Assembly: GCF_004010195.1 (NCBI RefSeq)
Contig: NC_057718.1
Coordinates: 41,561,803 to 41,625,802, forward strand
DNA: 64,000 bases
Direction of reading: 5' to 3'
DNA from: Chiloscyllium plagiosum
Lineage: Eukaryota
This document shows, piece by piece, positions 1 to 13,224 of this stretch; position 1 is the first letter of the stretch, and each line of letters begins with the position of its first letter. The translations under genes were made by a program, and so were the position numbers. Below the pieces are notes generated by a model. The model did not search any database. It was given only the letters and a program-made list of their open reading frames with translations, and was not told the DNA's origin.

Positions 1-2525
1 GTAAGAAATTTCAGGGGTACGTCATTAAGTGCTTTTTTACTCCACTCCAAATTAGTTCAATCTCTTATTTTGATTCAAAAGAATCTTTGCTGTAAATCTC
101 TGCTTTTCACTAACTGAGCCCCAACTCTGTACAAGAGTGCAATTTATGCAAATTTCTTGAACTTACACCACTTCTATGTGGGCAGTAAGTCTACCATAAC
201 ATTTCATACACAGTGGGACCCAAGGTGTTATTTCTGGCGTTTCATGGTTAGTGAATGTTTTACTTTTAACCTTTTCCATTCACCCAGAGAAAAACGACCT
301 TTTTGTGTCTCTAAATGCATTTTGATGGATCAAAATGATTTGCACTAAACACTGAAGAAGCCCTGGCATGTCAATTATTTGTATGTGCTAATTTGAATGC
401 TTAAAATCATGTTCATGCAGAGAAAATAAGGAAGCTGGCATACACTAATAAGATTTTCATGAAATTCTTAATACAATGCACCAATGAGGTCAGCCTAAAT
501 TTTGTGTGAAGTCATTTTTAGGAATTTCCAGGCAGATTTATAATGCTATGCTTAACAGAGATACTAATTAATCACAACGTAGGCTGCGCCTCATGCTGTC
601 ATTATTTCGAAGTGATCGCGGAAATTCCCTTGGCGCATATTGCTATATCCTGGCCTGTTCATTTGTGCTACACAGCTATTCGGCCACCCACATTTTTCCT
701 TTAGTGCATCATCGCAGTACACATGCATGCAGGTACATGCTGTGCATTGCTACACCCTTCCATGGGGCTCAGTGTATATACACAACAGGTTCTTGGCAGG
801 ATATCTTCCCTCAAGATGGATCACCAAAGCAATTAAGAGAACTGCATTGGGAACAAGAGGTCAAAAGAACTCTAAAAGGATTGGAAATGTAACAAAAGTA
901 GCATGTAGCATGAAAGCCTCCTCAGAAGGCCTTTGTTAAGAATGAGGTCTTCAACAGCTGAATGCTTTGAGAGAGAAAGACAGCTACAAGATCCTGTCAC
1001 TCTACTGGTGGAAATACAATGGTGCCCTTTACACTTGTTTCCTGGCACTTAAGTCCAAGCTTTCATGGAGACAGGAGGACAGCAAGGGACCAGGGGTGGT
1101 TCACATTTTTGGCCATTTCCATAAGTAAAACTACAGCAGTCTTCAGTCAGAAGCATTTTTCATCCTACATTCCTGAAGAATGAGATCACAAGCTTTAATC
1201 CTAAGGAGTCTTTTTGCAGATGTCAGACACCCTTTTGGAAAGGTTCAACTAGCACTTCTGACTTGTTAAAAGTAGACATGAATGTGCATAAACGATACAC
1301 AAGGTGGATGGAATTGTCAAGCTGTCAAATCATTTAAATCCCCTGCTTTTTAACACCAAGGAAAATCCCACGGTGACTCTTTATTGGGGGCTTACTATGC
1401 TCGCACCCTTGCATGGTCTGGTCCCCATAATACAGGGGAGGGGGAGGGGAATATAGTGCTTATGAGGCCATTAGGTCCATTAAGTCCATAATTAAATGGC
1501 AATGAAAGGGTTCAATTCACTTCCACAATATGCTGAGAAGTGGAAGGCAGGAGAGAGTAAGAAAGCTATTTCACCACCAAATTCGGTGAAATGATGGGAA
1601 GGTGAGTCTCTCATTCAAGGAATGACCTGTGTGGATCAGCAATACTACAGCCTATCGACCAAGATCATATCCCATCTTGGTGCCTCCATATTTGCCATCC
1701 AATGCCCCCATTCCCACCCTTCTCAGCTTGTAAATGTTTCCCACAGTGCATAGGTCCAAAAACAAACAGGCTTTTTAAACAGCCCACCACAACATTGGCA
1801 TCCTCTGCAGCTCCCATTGCACTATTTCCAGACGGGGCTGACCAGACTCCAGTTTTCTCCTGCCCATGGAGTGAAAATGCAACCTTTTGGGTAAGATTTT
1901 TCAGAGTTGGTTTTGGTAGTTGGAAATTTTCCCGATTCTGCGCATCCAACAGGACAGCAGAAGTTTGGCCCTTACTGTCACCTTTCCCATGGCCACCCTG
2001 GGACAAGGGGGTAAGTGGGGTCAACAGGAGAAAGCCCTTTGAGGATTACTGATTGGGCAAGGGGCTTAGATGTTTTGATTTTCCCTGCTATTTTGGGTAG
2101 AATCACAAAGGAGAAAGCCCACACTCCAATTCTCCACATTTGTTGCATGTACAGATATAATTGTGAAATTGGAAGGAAAGAAAATTTCCAATGAACATTG
2201 CTGGACTCAGGTCAGTCATAGTTATCAGCTCAGAAATATTGGAAAAGGAATAAGTTATTCAGTTCCCCAACTCTATCTATTTGCCTTTCATCTGGATCCT
2301 GTAAGAAAAATCTCACAAACCAGTTTTCAATTGATCCAGCATCCATAGCCTTTAAGGATTGTTGCGACATTTCAGATTCCTATTATCTTCTGTATAAAGA
2401 AGTGCTTCATGATTTAACATCTAAATACTTCAGCTCCAACCTAAGGATTATTTCTCCTTGTTAGGGCTTCTACCACCAGATGAAATAGGTTATCTAACCA
2501 ATAATTTTCTTCAGTGTGACACTAG

Positions 2526-2674
2526 AAAAGCACAGCTGGTCAGGTGTTGTTTCAAGCATAAGCTCTTCATCAGGTTCTCTCCTGCTCTTCGGATGCTGCC
2601 TGACTGGCTGTGCTGTTCCAGCACCACTCTTTTTGACTCTGATCTCCAGCATCTGCAGTCCTCACTTTCTCCTC
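2526..2674. mobile_element. Truncated copy of the same Penelope-related repeat
   Basis: GAAAAGCACAGCTGGTCAGG...CTCTTCATCAGG...GGATGCTGCCTGAC...TTCCAGCA...CATCTGCAGTCCTCACTTTCT. Confidence 0.75.
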
Positions 2675-2775
2675 ATTAAACTAGCCCTTTGCCTACCCTA
2701 GCAAATTGTTGTCTTCATTTCCAATACCTTGATTAAATCAACCCTCAATTTCCTGTTCTCAATGAAATCCAACCA

Positions 2776-4166
2776 GAGGCTGAATTTTTAAGCTGTACTA
2801 ATGTCAGAAACTGAGCAGCAAGACTTGAAGATTACAAGGCCAGCCACCACGCTGACATCCTGACCCTGTTCTCAACATCATTCTGATGAATGTGGATTCA
2901 GGGCCTTGGAAAGTCAGACAACTCGGCTAACTGACAGGTCTGCTGAGTAGGCCTTGAGGAGGACAACTTCAATTTCCCAGCCTCCTGTTTGCAGACATGG
3001 CAAGGAGTGGATCAGCTGCCTGGAAGCTGACACATATCAGCAAGCCAATGTCTTTGCCTCACCCCCACCACCCCCAGCCTGCTCTGCTTGTCCACACTTG
3101 AGTGAGGGTGTAGCTGACAGCTGCAACACACAGGCCCAATAACCCCACAAGCCACGCCTTCCCATCCTCCACTGTGGTAACTTTGCTTTTTATTGTGTTT
3201 TTTTTTCAGATAAATTTTGAGAAGTTTCTGAGAGTGCATCTTCTGACTGAAGCACCCCCTGCCCCAGTTACCCGCCTTCCATTGCTCTTTTCCTCAAACT
3301 GGATGGCCAGTTCTGAGAATTCGCCTTAATTGGGTAGGGAATTTGTATCCATGCCAGATAAGGACCCATCCACATAAAACATCATGGTTTTAATAATTCA
3401 TACTGGACCATGGAATGGGCCAATCTGCAACACCTAGTCATGATGCAGCCTTTGCACTGATAGGTCAGCAGACTTTCTGCAGACCAAACAGCATCTTTTA
3501 GTGAGATGTTGGTATTCCAGCTGTACGTTGATTAGATTTTTAGATTAGATTAGATTACTTACAGTGTGGAAACAGGTCCTTCGGCCCAACAAGTCCACAC
3601 CGACCCGCAACTCATCCAGACCCATTCCCCTACATTTACCCCTTCACCTAACACTACGGGCAATTTAGCATGGCCAATTCACCTGACCTGCACATTTTTG
3701 GATTGTGGGAGGAAACCGGAGCACCTGGAGGAAACCCACGTAGACACGGGGAGAACGTGCAAACTCCACACAGAGAGTCGCCTGAGGCGGGAATTGAACC
3801 CGGGTCTCTAGCGCTGTGAAGCAGCAGTGCTAACCACTGTGCTACTGTGCCGCCATCTTTGATCTTTATCACGGTGAGCATCTGAAAACAGCTCAGTATT
3901 ACAGCTGCTTGTTGATCTTTATCCTGATGTGTATCTGTATAACAGCCCAGTATCACATGTCACAGGTGTCTTTGGGATGGATCTTGACAAAAATCACTCC
4001 ATTTGCTTCCAGATCTTCTTTCCAAAGCTGCATTCCAGAAAAGGGTGATCAACTGTCTATTCCTTACCACAGCTCTTTTGCAAATGCATGGAGGGGATGA
4101 TAGTCAGGGCATACAAATAGGAACTGCATAGTCTTATCACTATCAACCTGAGTGAAAATCAGCCCC
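2776..4166. mobile_element. Probable non-autonomous TIR (Harbinger-like) element interrupting an old CR1 fragment
   Basis: Ends GAGGCTGAATTTT / AAAATCAGCCCC; the flanks rejoin into CR1-like sequence; TSD not cleanly preserved. Confidence 0.5.
3530..3854 (-). mobile_element. tRNA-derived HE1-like (V-SINE) element
   Basis: Box A TAGCACAGTGG, box B GGTTCAATTCC, V-domain GCACGTTCTCCCCGTGTC...GGGTTTCCTCC, LINE-like tail with (TCTAA)n. Confidence 0.9.
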
Positions 4167-4419
4167 TAGTTTGTGCAACATGTCTGCATGATATAAACCT
4201 TTAACTTCCAGTATTATTCAGGTGAATCTGTATTATAAACCATGTGCCCTACTTCTGAAACTCTTCTATTATCAGCCTTGAAATTCCTCGTAAGCTCTTT
4301 CTGTACTTCTTCTCATAGCTCATGGCTTATGTTTTCTGTGCAATCAATTATTCCAATACTGTCCTGATCAACCCTAAAATAACTTGATTTAATCCAAAAC
4401 ACTTCTGCGTGTATATTAA

Positions 4420-4790
4420 CTCAGCCCAAGTCTCATTTACCCCTATGCTCACTGACCAATTTTGGCTCTTGGAAAGGTAAAGTTTTGATTGCAAAATGCT
4501 CTTTCTTGTTTTCAAAACCCTCCATGCACTTCCTTCTCTCTGTAGCTTCCAGCAACCCCACTGCTCTCTGTGCCTCTTTGGTTCTGGTCTCTTGCATATC
4601 TACATTTCGTTGTTTATGGGTAGTCACTTCTTCCATTGCCTTGTCTCTTGACTCTGGGATTTCTTCTCAAAACCTCTCCACATCTCTTTCCTCCTCAACA
4701 ATGCTTTTAAAGACCTACCATTCATCACCTGCCCTAATATCTTATTGCATTGTTCAGTGTGAAATATTGTTTCATAAAGGTTCTGGAATG
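4420..4790 (+). mobile_element. Degenerate L2-like LINE 3' end
   Basis: ACCCCTATGCTCACTGACC...TTGTTTTCAAAACCCTCC...CTCTGGGATTTC...CTTTTAAAGACCTACC pattern. Confidence 0.5.
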
Positions 4791-6631
4791 TGCCTTTGAA
4801 TGTTTTCTAATGGTGAAAGTGCAATATAAAGGCAAGTTGTTGATAATAATGTGTGTATCCTTTGGTTGCTTTAAAGCTCTCCCAGTCTGCAACAGTTCCA
4901 TTTTGCTTTGTATTTAAGCCGCTGTTAATTCTACACAATAGTTTCTTCATTTCTTCGTTATTGGAGTTAATCCAAGATATGGACATAGGCTGATAAGTAA
5001 CCCCCAAAACTCGCATTTGCATTGTATCTTCAACATAAGGAACTTTTGCGAGAGTTTCCAAGGAAACTTATTCAGACAAAAATTAATATGCATCTTGACA
5101 GCTGCATTGATGTAGCTAATGACATCATCACATGCCACAGCTTCTGATGTGTACCAGCTTTATGTTTGACACAAGTGGACACAATGTTAATCCACCATAA
5201 TACTACCATTTTCACTAGGAACACCAAAGTTGGAAGCAATACTGACATTCTACTTTCACATACTGCTCCAGCATTTACAGTCACAACAAGATGAATGTAG
5301 CTAAATCTCATGTGTAATAGGAATATCATAAGAACACACACAAATACCCTCCCCTATGACCAGTACTGTGAACAGAGAAATTACACTCTCAATATCATAT
5401 TCAGCATGGCTCGCAGCTTAATGAGAAAATCATATTTAACGTATCAAATATTATTATCTCATTCTGCCTCATAAATTGTCTTAATATTTTGGTAAATCCA
5501 TATTATACTAGTTAAATATCAGTACATCAATACTGATCTTGAAAACTCACAAATACTGAATGTATAGTAGGTCATATTTTAAAAATTCATAAACACCAAA
5601 AAGTTGACAATTTGAATATAAATCAACAATTGAAAACATAACCTTAAATACAACCTTGAATCCCAGTGCCATTGTTTTAAAATAATTAAATCAGACAAGT
5701 CATTTTTTAGTCCATGAGATTTCAGGCTTTTCAACAATTCAGTTTTTGTTCATGAAAATAAATTAAAACTTAGACTTTTGCCTACAACATAGAAAAAATT
5801 GGTCATACTGAAGATTGCAGTGGCACATAAGTTAATTTACGCTGCTGGTTTGCCCCATACATTCACTACTTGTGATATAGAGGAGAAACGAACATGTGTT
5901 TTATATTGTTGAAGCCAAAAAGCTGTGATGGGATATGTGGGTACAAAGCAGATAACATTTGGTAGCATTACACACTCTCTTCCACAAACGTTACAGTTTT
6001 TAAGCAATATTTTGTTGGTAATCTGGCAGCATTTTGAAGTGCACTCAGTGAAGCTTAGCCTTTGAAGTAAAAACAAACTTGCTCCAAATGTTTTAAGTAT
6101 TAGAATAGATCAACTGTTGTATGTTACAATTGTCTCTTCATTTTGAGTGTAACACAGCAGATTGCTGACTCACATTAATATCAAAGTGACGTATCTCAAA
6201 GTTACAGCAAATCATGAAAATAGAACAGGGGTTGTAATGCTGGAAATACAAAAAAACTCTTGTCTTGCAGTACATGGCTCACTAAGAAATGTCAAGTAAT
6301 GCTAATCACCACCCCAGTCAGCTACCAAGTATTATGCTGAATCATCTTGGGATCATGCATCAAACTAATCTCAGCACAAAATAATTCCAAGGCGTTTAGG
6401 ATATTTTGGTGTGATTTTATAAAAGCAAGCCCCAAATGCCAAAGACATAATTTCAATATTTGACATACATATATGTAGAGCACATTGTTTCTCTCCAATA
6501 AAAAGTCTCTCCAAAAGTTACGCAATGAATTAATACACAATAACTGGACATCCAACAATTACTAAACGTTTAAATTAGCTATAAATAAAATAAGCATTAA
6601 ATGCATTAACTTAATGAAAATGAAAAATGAC

Positions 6632-6795
6632 CTGATAAAGCTCTATTCGTTGTTCCTCTACTTTCGCCTTTGGATTCTGTAAACGAAACACTCTGAACTC
6701 TGCCTTCACCAGGTTCGAAACATTTTTCTCCATTGAGGTGACATCTAAATACACACGTCTGAAGTATGGGTTATATTGTTGGGACGGGATGACAT
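6632..6795 (-). CDS. TGFB2: TGF-beta2 coding exon 2 (LAP region)
   Basis: Acceptor TTTTTCATGTAG|AT at 6796/6795; encodes (N)[54 protein letters not shown]; donor CAG|GTCATT at 6632/6631. 164 nt, joins exon 1 in frame (346+164=510 nt). Confidence 0.96.
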
Positions 6796-7117
6796 CTACA
6801 TGAAAAAGCACAGAGTAATGGCAAGTCAATATATCAGCAAAGACCAGCTTGTATATGTGTAAAAACTATTGATGCCAGGATACAAAGTATTAGTTTCAGT
6901 CAGTTATCTGAGATGTCCTACATATTGCATCGTCTACGACCCCTGCTCCCAGGTTTCGTAAACAATCAGTTTCAATATGAACCATTCAATTATGATATTT
7001 TTCACATTCTGAACCTGGCATTATGTAATAACAACTTGCTTCAGAGGGTAAAAAGCCTCAGGTTTCCATGTAAAGTAGGCATCATTTCTCTCTCCACCCC
7101 GCAGGCTCCCTGCCTCT

Positions 7118-7153
7118 ATTCCTGATGAAGGGCTTTTGCCTGAAACGTCGACT
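7118..7153 (+). ncRNA. Minimal hammerhead ribozyme motif in a Penelope-related repeat (7083-7205)
   Basis: ATTC-CTGATGA-A-GGGC-TTTT-GCCT-GAAA-C-GTC-GACT. Confidence 0.72.
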
Positions 7154-8500
7154 TTCCTGCTCCTTGGCTGCTGCCTGACCTGCTGTGCTTTTCCAGCACC
7201 CCTCTAAACCTATTTGTAATGCTGAGCTGTAAGATAAAATGTTACTATTACAATACTTTAACTCTACAGCACTAATACACACGACGCTATTCCCCATAAC
7301 TTTACCTCAGAATTTCTAAATGGCCCCTTATTTTGCCCTTCCGTGTAACACATAGCAAGTACTTCACAAGTAATGTATCATCACAGTTAGTCAGGATATT
7401 AATAAAACATCTGCTCTAATGGAACTGCCAAACTAATAATTCATTTTAACAGCACAGACTGCATTCTGTAAGATATCAGGCATTAACATAAGCATTAGTG
7501 AAGAAAGTATTATGTAACAAATAATATTGGTAGAAATTAAGTAAAAGGCTGTAATTTAATCTTGTAGGTTCAGCTCAGGTCCCTGAACAGTTTGAGCTGC
7601 ACTTTTGCCACTTCTGACATTACCTGGATTCTTCAGTTTAGTAACTAGCTTGTTACTTTTTCTCAACTGTGTATTATCCTGCATACATATGTTCTCTTTT
7701 CCTGTTGGGAAACGGTTTGAATTAAAATTCATGGCATTGATTTCACGGCTTCTTTCTGCCAGTCTTGTAATTTAATTCCCTTTTCTTTTGGAAAAATGGT
7801 AGTGTATCTTAAGGACTTCAACATGTGGATATGGAAAAGCCGTCCTCTGGTTTAGTTGTTAACCAAAGGTGTCCCACAATCTGATAACTACTAATTTGTA
7901 ATAATCACTGCAATACTTGAGCCACTTAAAAACTAAAATCTCCTGGTAATTTTCAAAACCTTTATGTATTAGAGCAAAATAAGTAATATAAGTAATAGCA
8001 GGTGTCTGCAAACATAATTGACGAGTAAAACTCTTTGGGTCTGAATGGTGCAAACATATTGTGCCTCCATATCTGGAGATCAAAGTCAAGCTGTTTCCAT
8101 CAGTTTCCCAGTGGTTCAGCAAATTACTGTTACAGGATAGGAAATTCCCTGATGTGATGTGTTCTGAATTCCTGTTTTCTGTTGGGAGAGTGTTGGGTAT
8201 GAGATAATTAGAATTAACATGAAGTAGATTAGGGCTCCTGCACCCAAATTATCCAGTGGCCCCTGCTGGAGATATGTGTATGAATCCTAGAATGGACAGA
8301 TTCAGACTCTCTTGTGATATTTCCATTGTATAGTAACCTCCTAATACTCAATGCCAAATGTTATACACAAATCATAAACACTTGGGCACTATATTGAAAA
8401 CAATTGGAAGTCATGGAACTGTATGCAATAGAGAGCCAATGAATTTTTGAAAAAAAAGACAAGAGGAAATTAAGGATAAATACAGTTTGTCTACTCTCCA

Positions 8501-8750
8501 ACAAAAACAGATATTGCTGGAAAAGCTCAGCAGGTCTGGCAGCATCTAAGAGAAATCAATGTTAACATTTCGGGTCGGTGACCTTTCCTCAGAACTGATG
8601 GTAGCTAAGGATGCCACCTACAATCAGTTCTGAGGAAGGGTCACTGGACTCAAAACATTAACTCTTTACAGATGCTGCCTGACCTGCTGAGCTTTTCCAG
8701 CAACTTATGTTTTTGTTTCTGTTTTACAGCATTTGCAGTTCTTTCAGTTG
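8501..8750. mobile_element. Palindromic Penelope-related non-autonomous insert with hammerhead-like cores
   Basis: Inverted arms 8501-8599 / 8623-8716; 14-bp TSD TTGTCTACTCTCCA (8487-8500 / 8751-8764); CTGAGGA...GGTC..GACC-GAAA core. Confidence 0.82.
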
Positions 8751-10559
8751 TTGTCTACTCTCCATTCTGATTGTTGAATTATTATATGAAATATGTTTGT
8801 GTAAACTCAACCCTTTTCCCCAAAAAATAAGTTAACTAACAACATAACAATTCAATATTAATATTAGGACTTAATTCCGAGTCAAGTAAAGTGAAACCTG
8901 TAACAAATACAAGCATCACATTGGTGCTGACTAAATACAAGTATCACATTGGTCCTGTGGATAATGTTAAAGAGCAAAATAATGTTAGCTTTACCACCAC
9001 AAGGTCACAATTTATTTACCAATATTAAAGACCATTTGACTTAATTTAATCTGTTCATTCTAAACAATAACTGTTCTTCTTATTTCTGGTATTGTCATGA
9101 AATTTGACAAGCTTGCATTAGAATTTCTGAATCCACACCACTGGTACATATTAGGAATGACATTGGCCCCAACACTGAGCCTTGGGACTCCTCGCGGAAT
9201 TCATAACTCTACGACCCCAATAATACCCCAATAATCAATACCTATGCAGCTGTATCCATTATCCAATTTCTGTTCCATACACTAGTTTTATTCTAATCCC
9301 CATAGCATAGATTCTAATTATGAAGAGATTCTTCAATCACCTTTTGCACATGATAGGAATTAGCACTGTTTATTTGGGTTGCTACATCCTAAAAGATGTC
9401 AAGGAATTTAATCTGGCAGAATATTGCCCAAAGAAAGCTATGTTGTCTGCTGTCAGCTCGGGTCAGTTTATAGAGACAATCCTCAATTTATCCTCGGTAA
9501 TTGTTACATTAATTTGCATAAAATTAAATTAAAATTAATGAGCTATGACCTTGTTGACTCTACATTTGAAAATGAATATGTTTCTAATCCATTGATATCT
9601 TCATCGTGCCCAATGACTCTCTCAATGATTTTCAGTGCCCCTCAGATGTTCTGGAATAAATATCAACTGGAATAAATATCAACTTTGCTTTAGGATCTAT
9701 TTGTTTAAGCCTTTCAGCTTGAACAAAACTTCCATCTTATTTATAGTGAAGTCCTGAATAGTCTTTTTCTGCAGAGGCAATCTTATTCAAGTCATCCTTT
9801 GTGAATATTTGACTCGCTTTATCTGGAATTTTCACCGCAAGTTTAACGCATAAATTTGACTTGAAAATCATTGTAGAGGGTTGCCAATTATACAGAGTTT
9901 TGGCTGCTGCACCTCCAGAAACATTTCCTGAGTAGGTGGCTGAGTGTTCGAGGAACTGTGCCAGCTTCAGTATAACAGCTGACATTGATAAAGTGCCCCA
10001 GAAACCAATGCATGTCAATGACATCATCCTATCTACTCACTAGAACAAATCTAACTCCCCGAATCAGTATATTATTCCATATATGTACTGTAAATCCATT
10101 TTGATCCTAATAATGTGCATGTACAGTAGTGTTTCACTTTTTGGAGGAAGCGGTATCACTTATATGAGACCGCAATTTTAACACCCATCACTTATAGCCA
10201 GCTTGAGAAACAATACAATCAGCAATATACCTCTCTTGGAAGTACACAAGGCACTGAGCAGGAAACACAGGAAATGTTCCTTTCTCAAGCTGTGACAGTC
10301 ACAAATCCAACTTTCTAGAAGTGGAATCATACATATCAATCCATTCTTTTCTGACCTTTCAACCTTCAACATTTGAAGTTAGAGTTGAGGGAATATATGT
10401 ACAGTTAACAGAATATACTATTAAGCTCAATGCAGCCTCTGAGTGAAGTCCTGTAACTAGATGACAGAGTCTGAACATTGTACAAGCAAACCAAAAGGAT
10501 AATAAAATGTAAGATAACATAACAAATTAACAGTGTTATTGTAGGAGTCTGCAGCCCTG

Positions 10560-10840
10560 GTGGGGAGTCCAGAGTATCGCCAGGGTAACGTGAAATCAGG
10601 AAGCTTTTCTTCAAACAATGAGTAACAGAAGTCTGGGTCTCTCTCCTCCCAAAAGCTACTAAGACTAGATGAATTTAAATTTTCATGGCTGAGACTTGTA
10701 GATTTTTGTCAGGGACATTTATGATAGAAATATGTTAAGGGATAAGGAACAAAATGAACTGAGGGTAAATGAGGTAAAGATACAGATTAGCCATGATCTC
10801 AGACAAATAGAGGAATTGAACACCATACTCTTCTTCCAAC
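10560..10840 (+). mobile_element. Degenerate CR1-like LINE 3' fragment
   Basis: GGGGAGTCCAGA...TTCTTC...GGCTGAGA...CAGATTAGCCATGATCTC similarity to other copies. Confidence 0.6.
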
Positions 10841-12272
10841 TTTCTAGTTTTAGGGAATATTATAGGGAATGTAGCATTTTGATTTAAGCCATCCTTTATA
10901 TTGATGGAGTAACATTTTGTTCTCCTGGCTGCGTGTGGTATGTTCTTCTCAATATCTGGTAGCAAGACAAACGGACAATTATCAGCAGCAGTCCTTCAAA
11001 TATAGGCTTTGAAATGCTGCCAGACAAATCTTGACATTGCCTACATTCTGGATTATTTTCCATAGTCTACAGAGTCCAGGTGACCTCAAAACAAAAACTG
11101 GCCAATAAAAACAGATGTAAGTGGCCTGGATAGCAAGTTGCTCCAACCTACATGAAATATGTTTTTGGATATAGAGGTCACCATGACAACACCTTTGGCT
11201 AACAGATGTTTTGGCTTGTTTTTACAAAATTACAGTTTAAACTAATTCATGTTCCCACTACAGAAGGACACACTTAACCCTTTCTGGACAGACTTCAATA
11301 TTTCCCCAAAATTAGTTGTTTTCGTCTAAAATGCTAGTTTATGTTTTGGAAATTAAGTAAATAGTTTGAGTGATGGACAAATCAGAAGTAAAAATGTAAT
11401 AGTTTGTTTCCAAACAGAAGTGAAAGAGCATGTGGTTTCGTGACACCATTTCTGTCCCTGAGTCAGATCTTCTCTCCAGTGTACCCCAGAAGAGGAGCTG
11501 AAATTTCAGATCTGAAATCTAGCTTCATATCCAATGGGATATATGGATCTAGTGAACTAGTCCCTCCTCTTTCTTGTACATAACTATATAATAAAATTTA
11601 CCAGGAGAATTGTTGAAACTTGAAAATCATGTGGGATTATATGGTGCACATTTCAGTTGCATGGGATTATGGCACTTTTCAGAAGAATCAGGTGTACACA
11701 TTTTGGGACAAAGTGGCACCATGAGCCTTTGAGTTCAGGAAAGACTGCCTAACAACAGCCTTTGGAATGGTCCGGCTGCAGTTTGTTAGAGACCTGTAGT
11801 TGCAGTGCACTCAGACATCCTGAAGCCTGCAAACAAGAAGCATCTCTCTGTGTCTCTCTGAGTGACAAAAGACAGAATTTAAAGACTCTGACTAGAAAAC
11901 ATTTGAATACAAAAAAACACCTGGATCCACCCCACTGGCTATTAAATGGGAGATCAACTATCACTCTACAGACAACATTACATCATCAACACAAAGAAAC
12001 ATCAAAGTAACAATTTAAAACACTCATTCTGCCATTGTGGTACGGATGTATGAACCAGAGAATTTTTGCTTTCCTGTTTATATTTTCCCACAAGTAAAAT
12101 TTGTGTCAAGCTGTCTGCCTTTGTCTCAATTATGGATGAATCTGTTATGTGTTTGGGGTTTTAATGCAGTATATTTTAAGCTGCATCTTATTAATGACTA
12201 ATCCGTTTTGTTTGCCATTTGTTAAAGACTATGTTTATTTACAACAAATAGTTATTTTCCTGTTAATGATGT

Positions 12273-12769
12273 AACTTGAAAGGGTTCAGAAAAGATTTAC
12301 AAGGTTGTTGCCAGGGTTGGAGGATTTGAGCTATAGGGAGAGGCTGAACAGGCTGGGGCTGTTTTCCGTGGAGCATCAAAGGTTGAGGGGTGACCTTATA
12401 AAAGTTTACAAAATTATGAGGGGCATGGATAGGATAAATAGACAAAGTCTTTTCCCTGGAGTGGGGGAGTCCAGAATTAGAGGGCATAGGTTTAGGGTGA
12501 GAGGGAAAAGATATAAAAGAGACGTAAGAGGCAACTTTTTCACGCAGAGGGTGGTACATGTATGGAATGAGCTGCCAGAGGAAGAGATGGAGGCTGGTAC
12601 AATTCCAACATTTAAAAGGCATTTGGATAGGTATATGAATAGGAAGGGTTTGGAGGGACATGGGCCGGGTGCTGGCAGGTGTGACTAGATTGGGTTGGGA
12701 TATTTGGTCGGCATGGACGGGTTGGACCGAAGGGTCTGTTTTCATGCTGTACATCTCTATGACTCTATG
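12273..12769 (+). mobile_element. CR1/HER1-like LINE 3' fragment
   Basis: ORF 12305-12688 (RLRGDLIKVYKIM, NFFTQRVV, WNELP); tail CTCTATGACTCTATG. Confidence 0.92.
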
Positions 12770-12830
12770 TAACACAGTGTGAATTCGTTTTGTTCTTAAT
12801 AGCTGTTAGTCATGCATTTTGATCATCTAT

Positions 12831-13176
12831 GGGTGGCATGGTGGCTCAGTAGTTAGCATTGCTGTCTCACATCACCAGGGTCCCAGGTTCAATTCCGGTC
12901 CCAGGTTCAATTCCAGCTTCGGGTGACTGTGTGGAGTTTACACATTCTCCCCATGTCTGTGTGGATTTCCTCTGGGTGCTCCGGTTTCCTCCCACAATCC
13001 AAAGATGTGCAAGGCAGGTGAATTGGCCAAGCTAAATTGCCCATAGTGTTAAGTGCATTAGTCAGAGGGAAATGAGTCAGGTTGGGTTACTCTTCGGAGT
13101 GTTGGTGTGGACTGGTTGGGCCGAAGGGCCTTTTTCACACTGTAGGGACTTTTTCATACTGTAGGGAATCTAATCT
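12831..13176 (+). mobile_element. tRNA-derived HE1-like (V-SINE) element
   Basis: Same structure as 3530-3854; box B duplicated. Confidence 0.9.
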
Positions 13177-13224
13177 TGGGGTTTAGTTGGATCATTACAC
13201 ATTTGTGACAGTTAATGGAAGAGT

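Noticed and set aside
3770..3854. tRNA gene
   Set aside because: The A/B boxes belong to the SINE head; no full cloverleaf (same at 12831).
157..6558. Short ORFs as TGFB2 exon 3 or other genes
   Set aside because: None resembles the expected TGFB2 continuation or any recognisable protein; like most short ORFs in the track, they are consistent with chance or repeat-derived frames.
8905..9684. Short tandem duplications (28-bp period at 8905-8957; 16-bp unit at 9651-9684)
   Set aside because: Two-copy slippage duplications; not an array or CRISPR-like.
11430..13210. Possible solo LTR hosting the CR1 and SINE
   Set aside because: LTR-like composition and a TGTGACA end, but no matching start, TSD or second copy.
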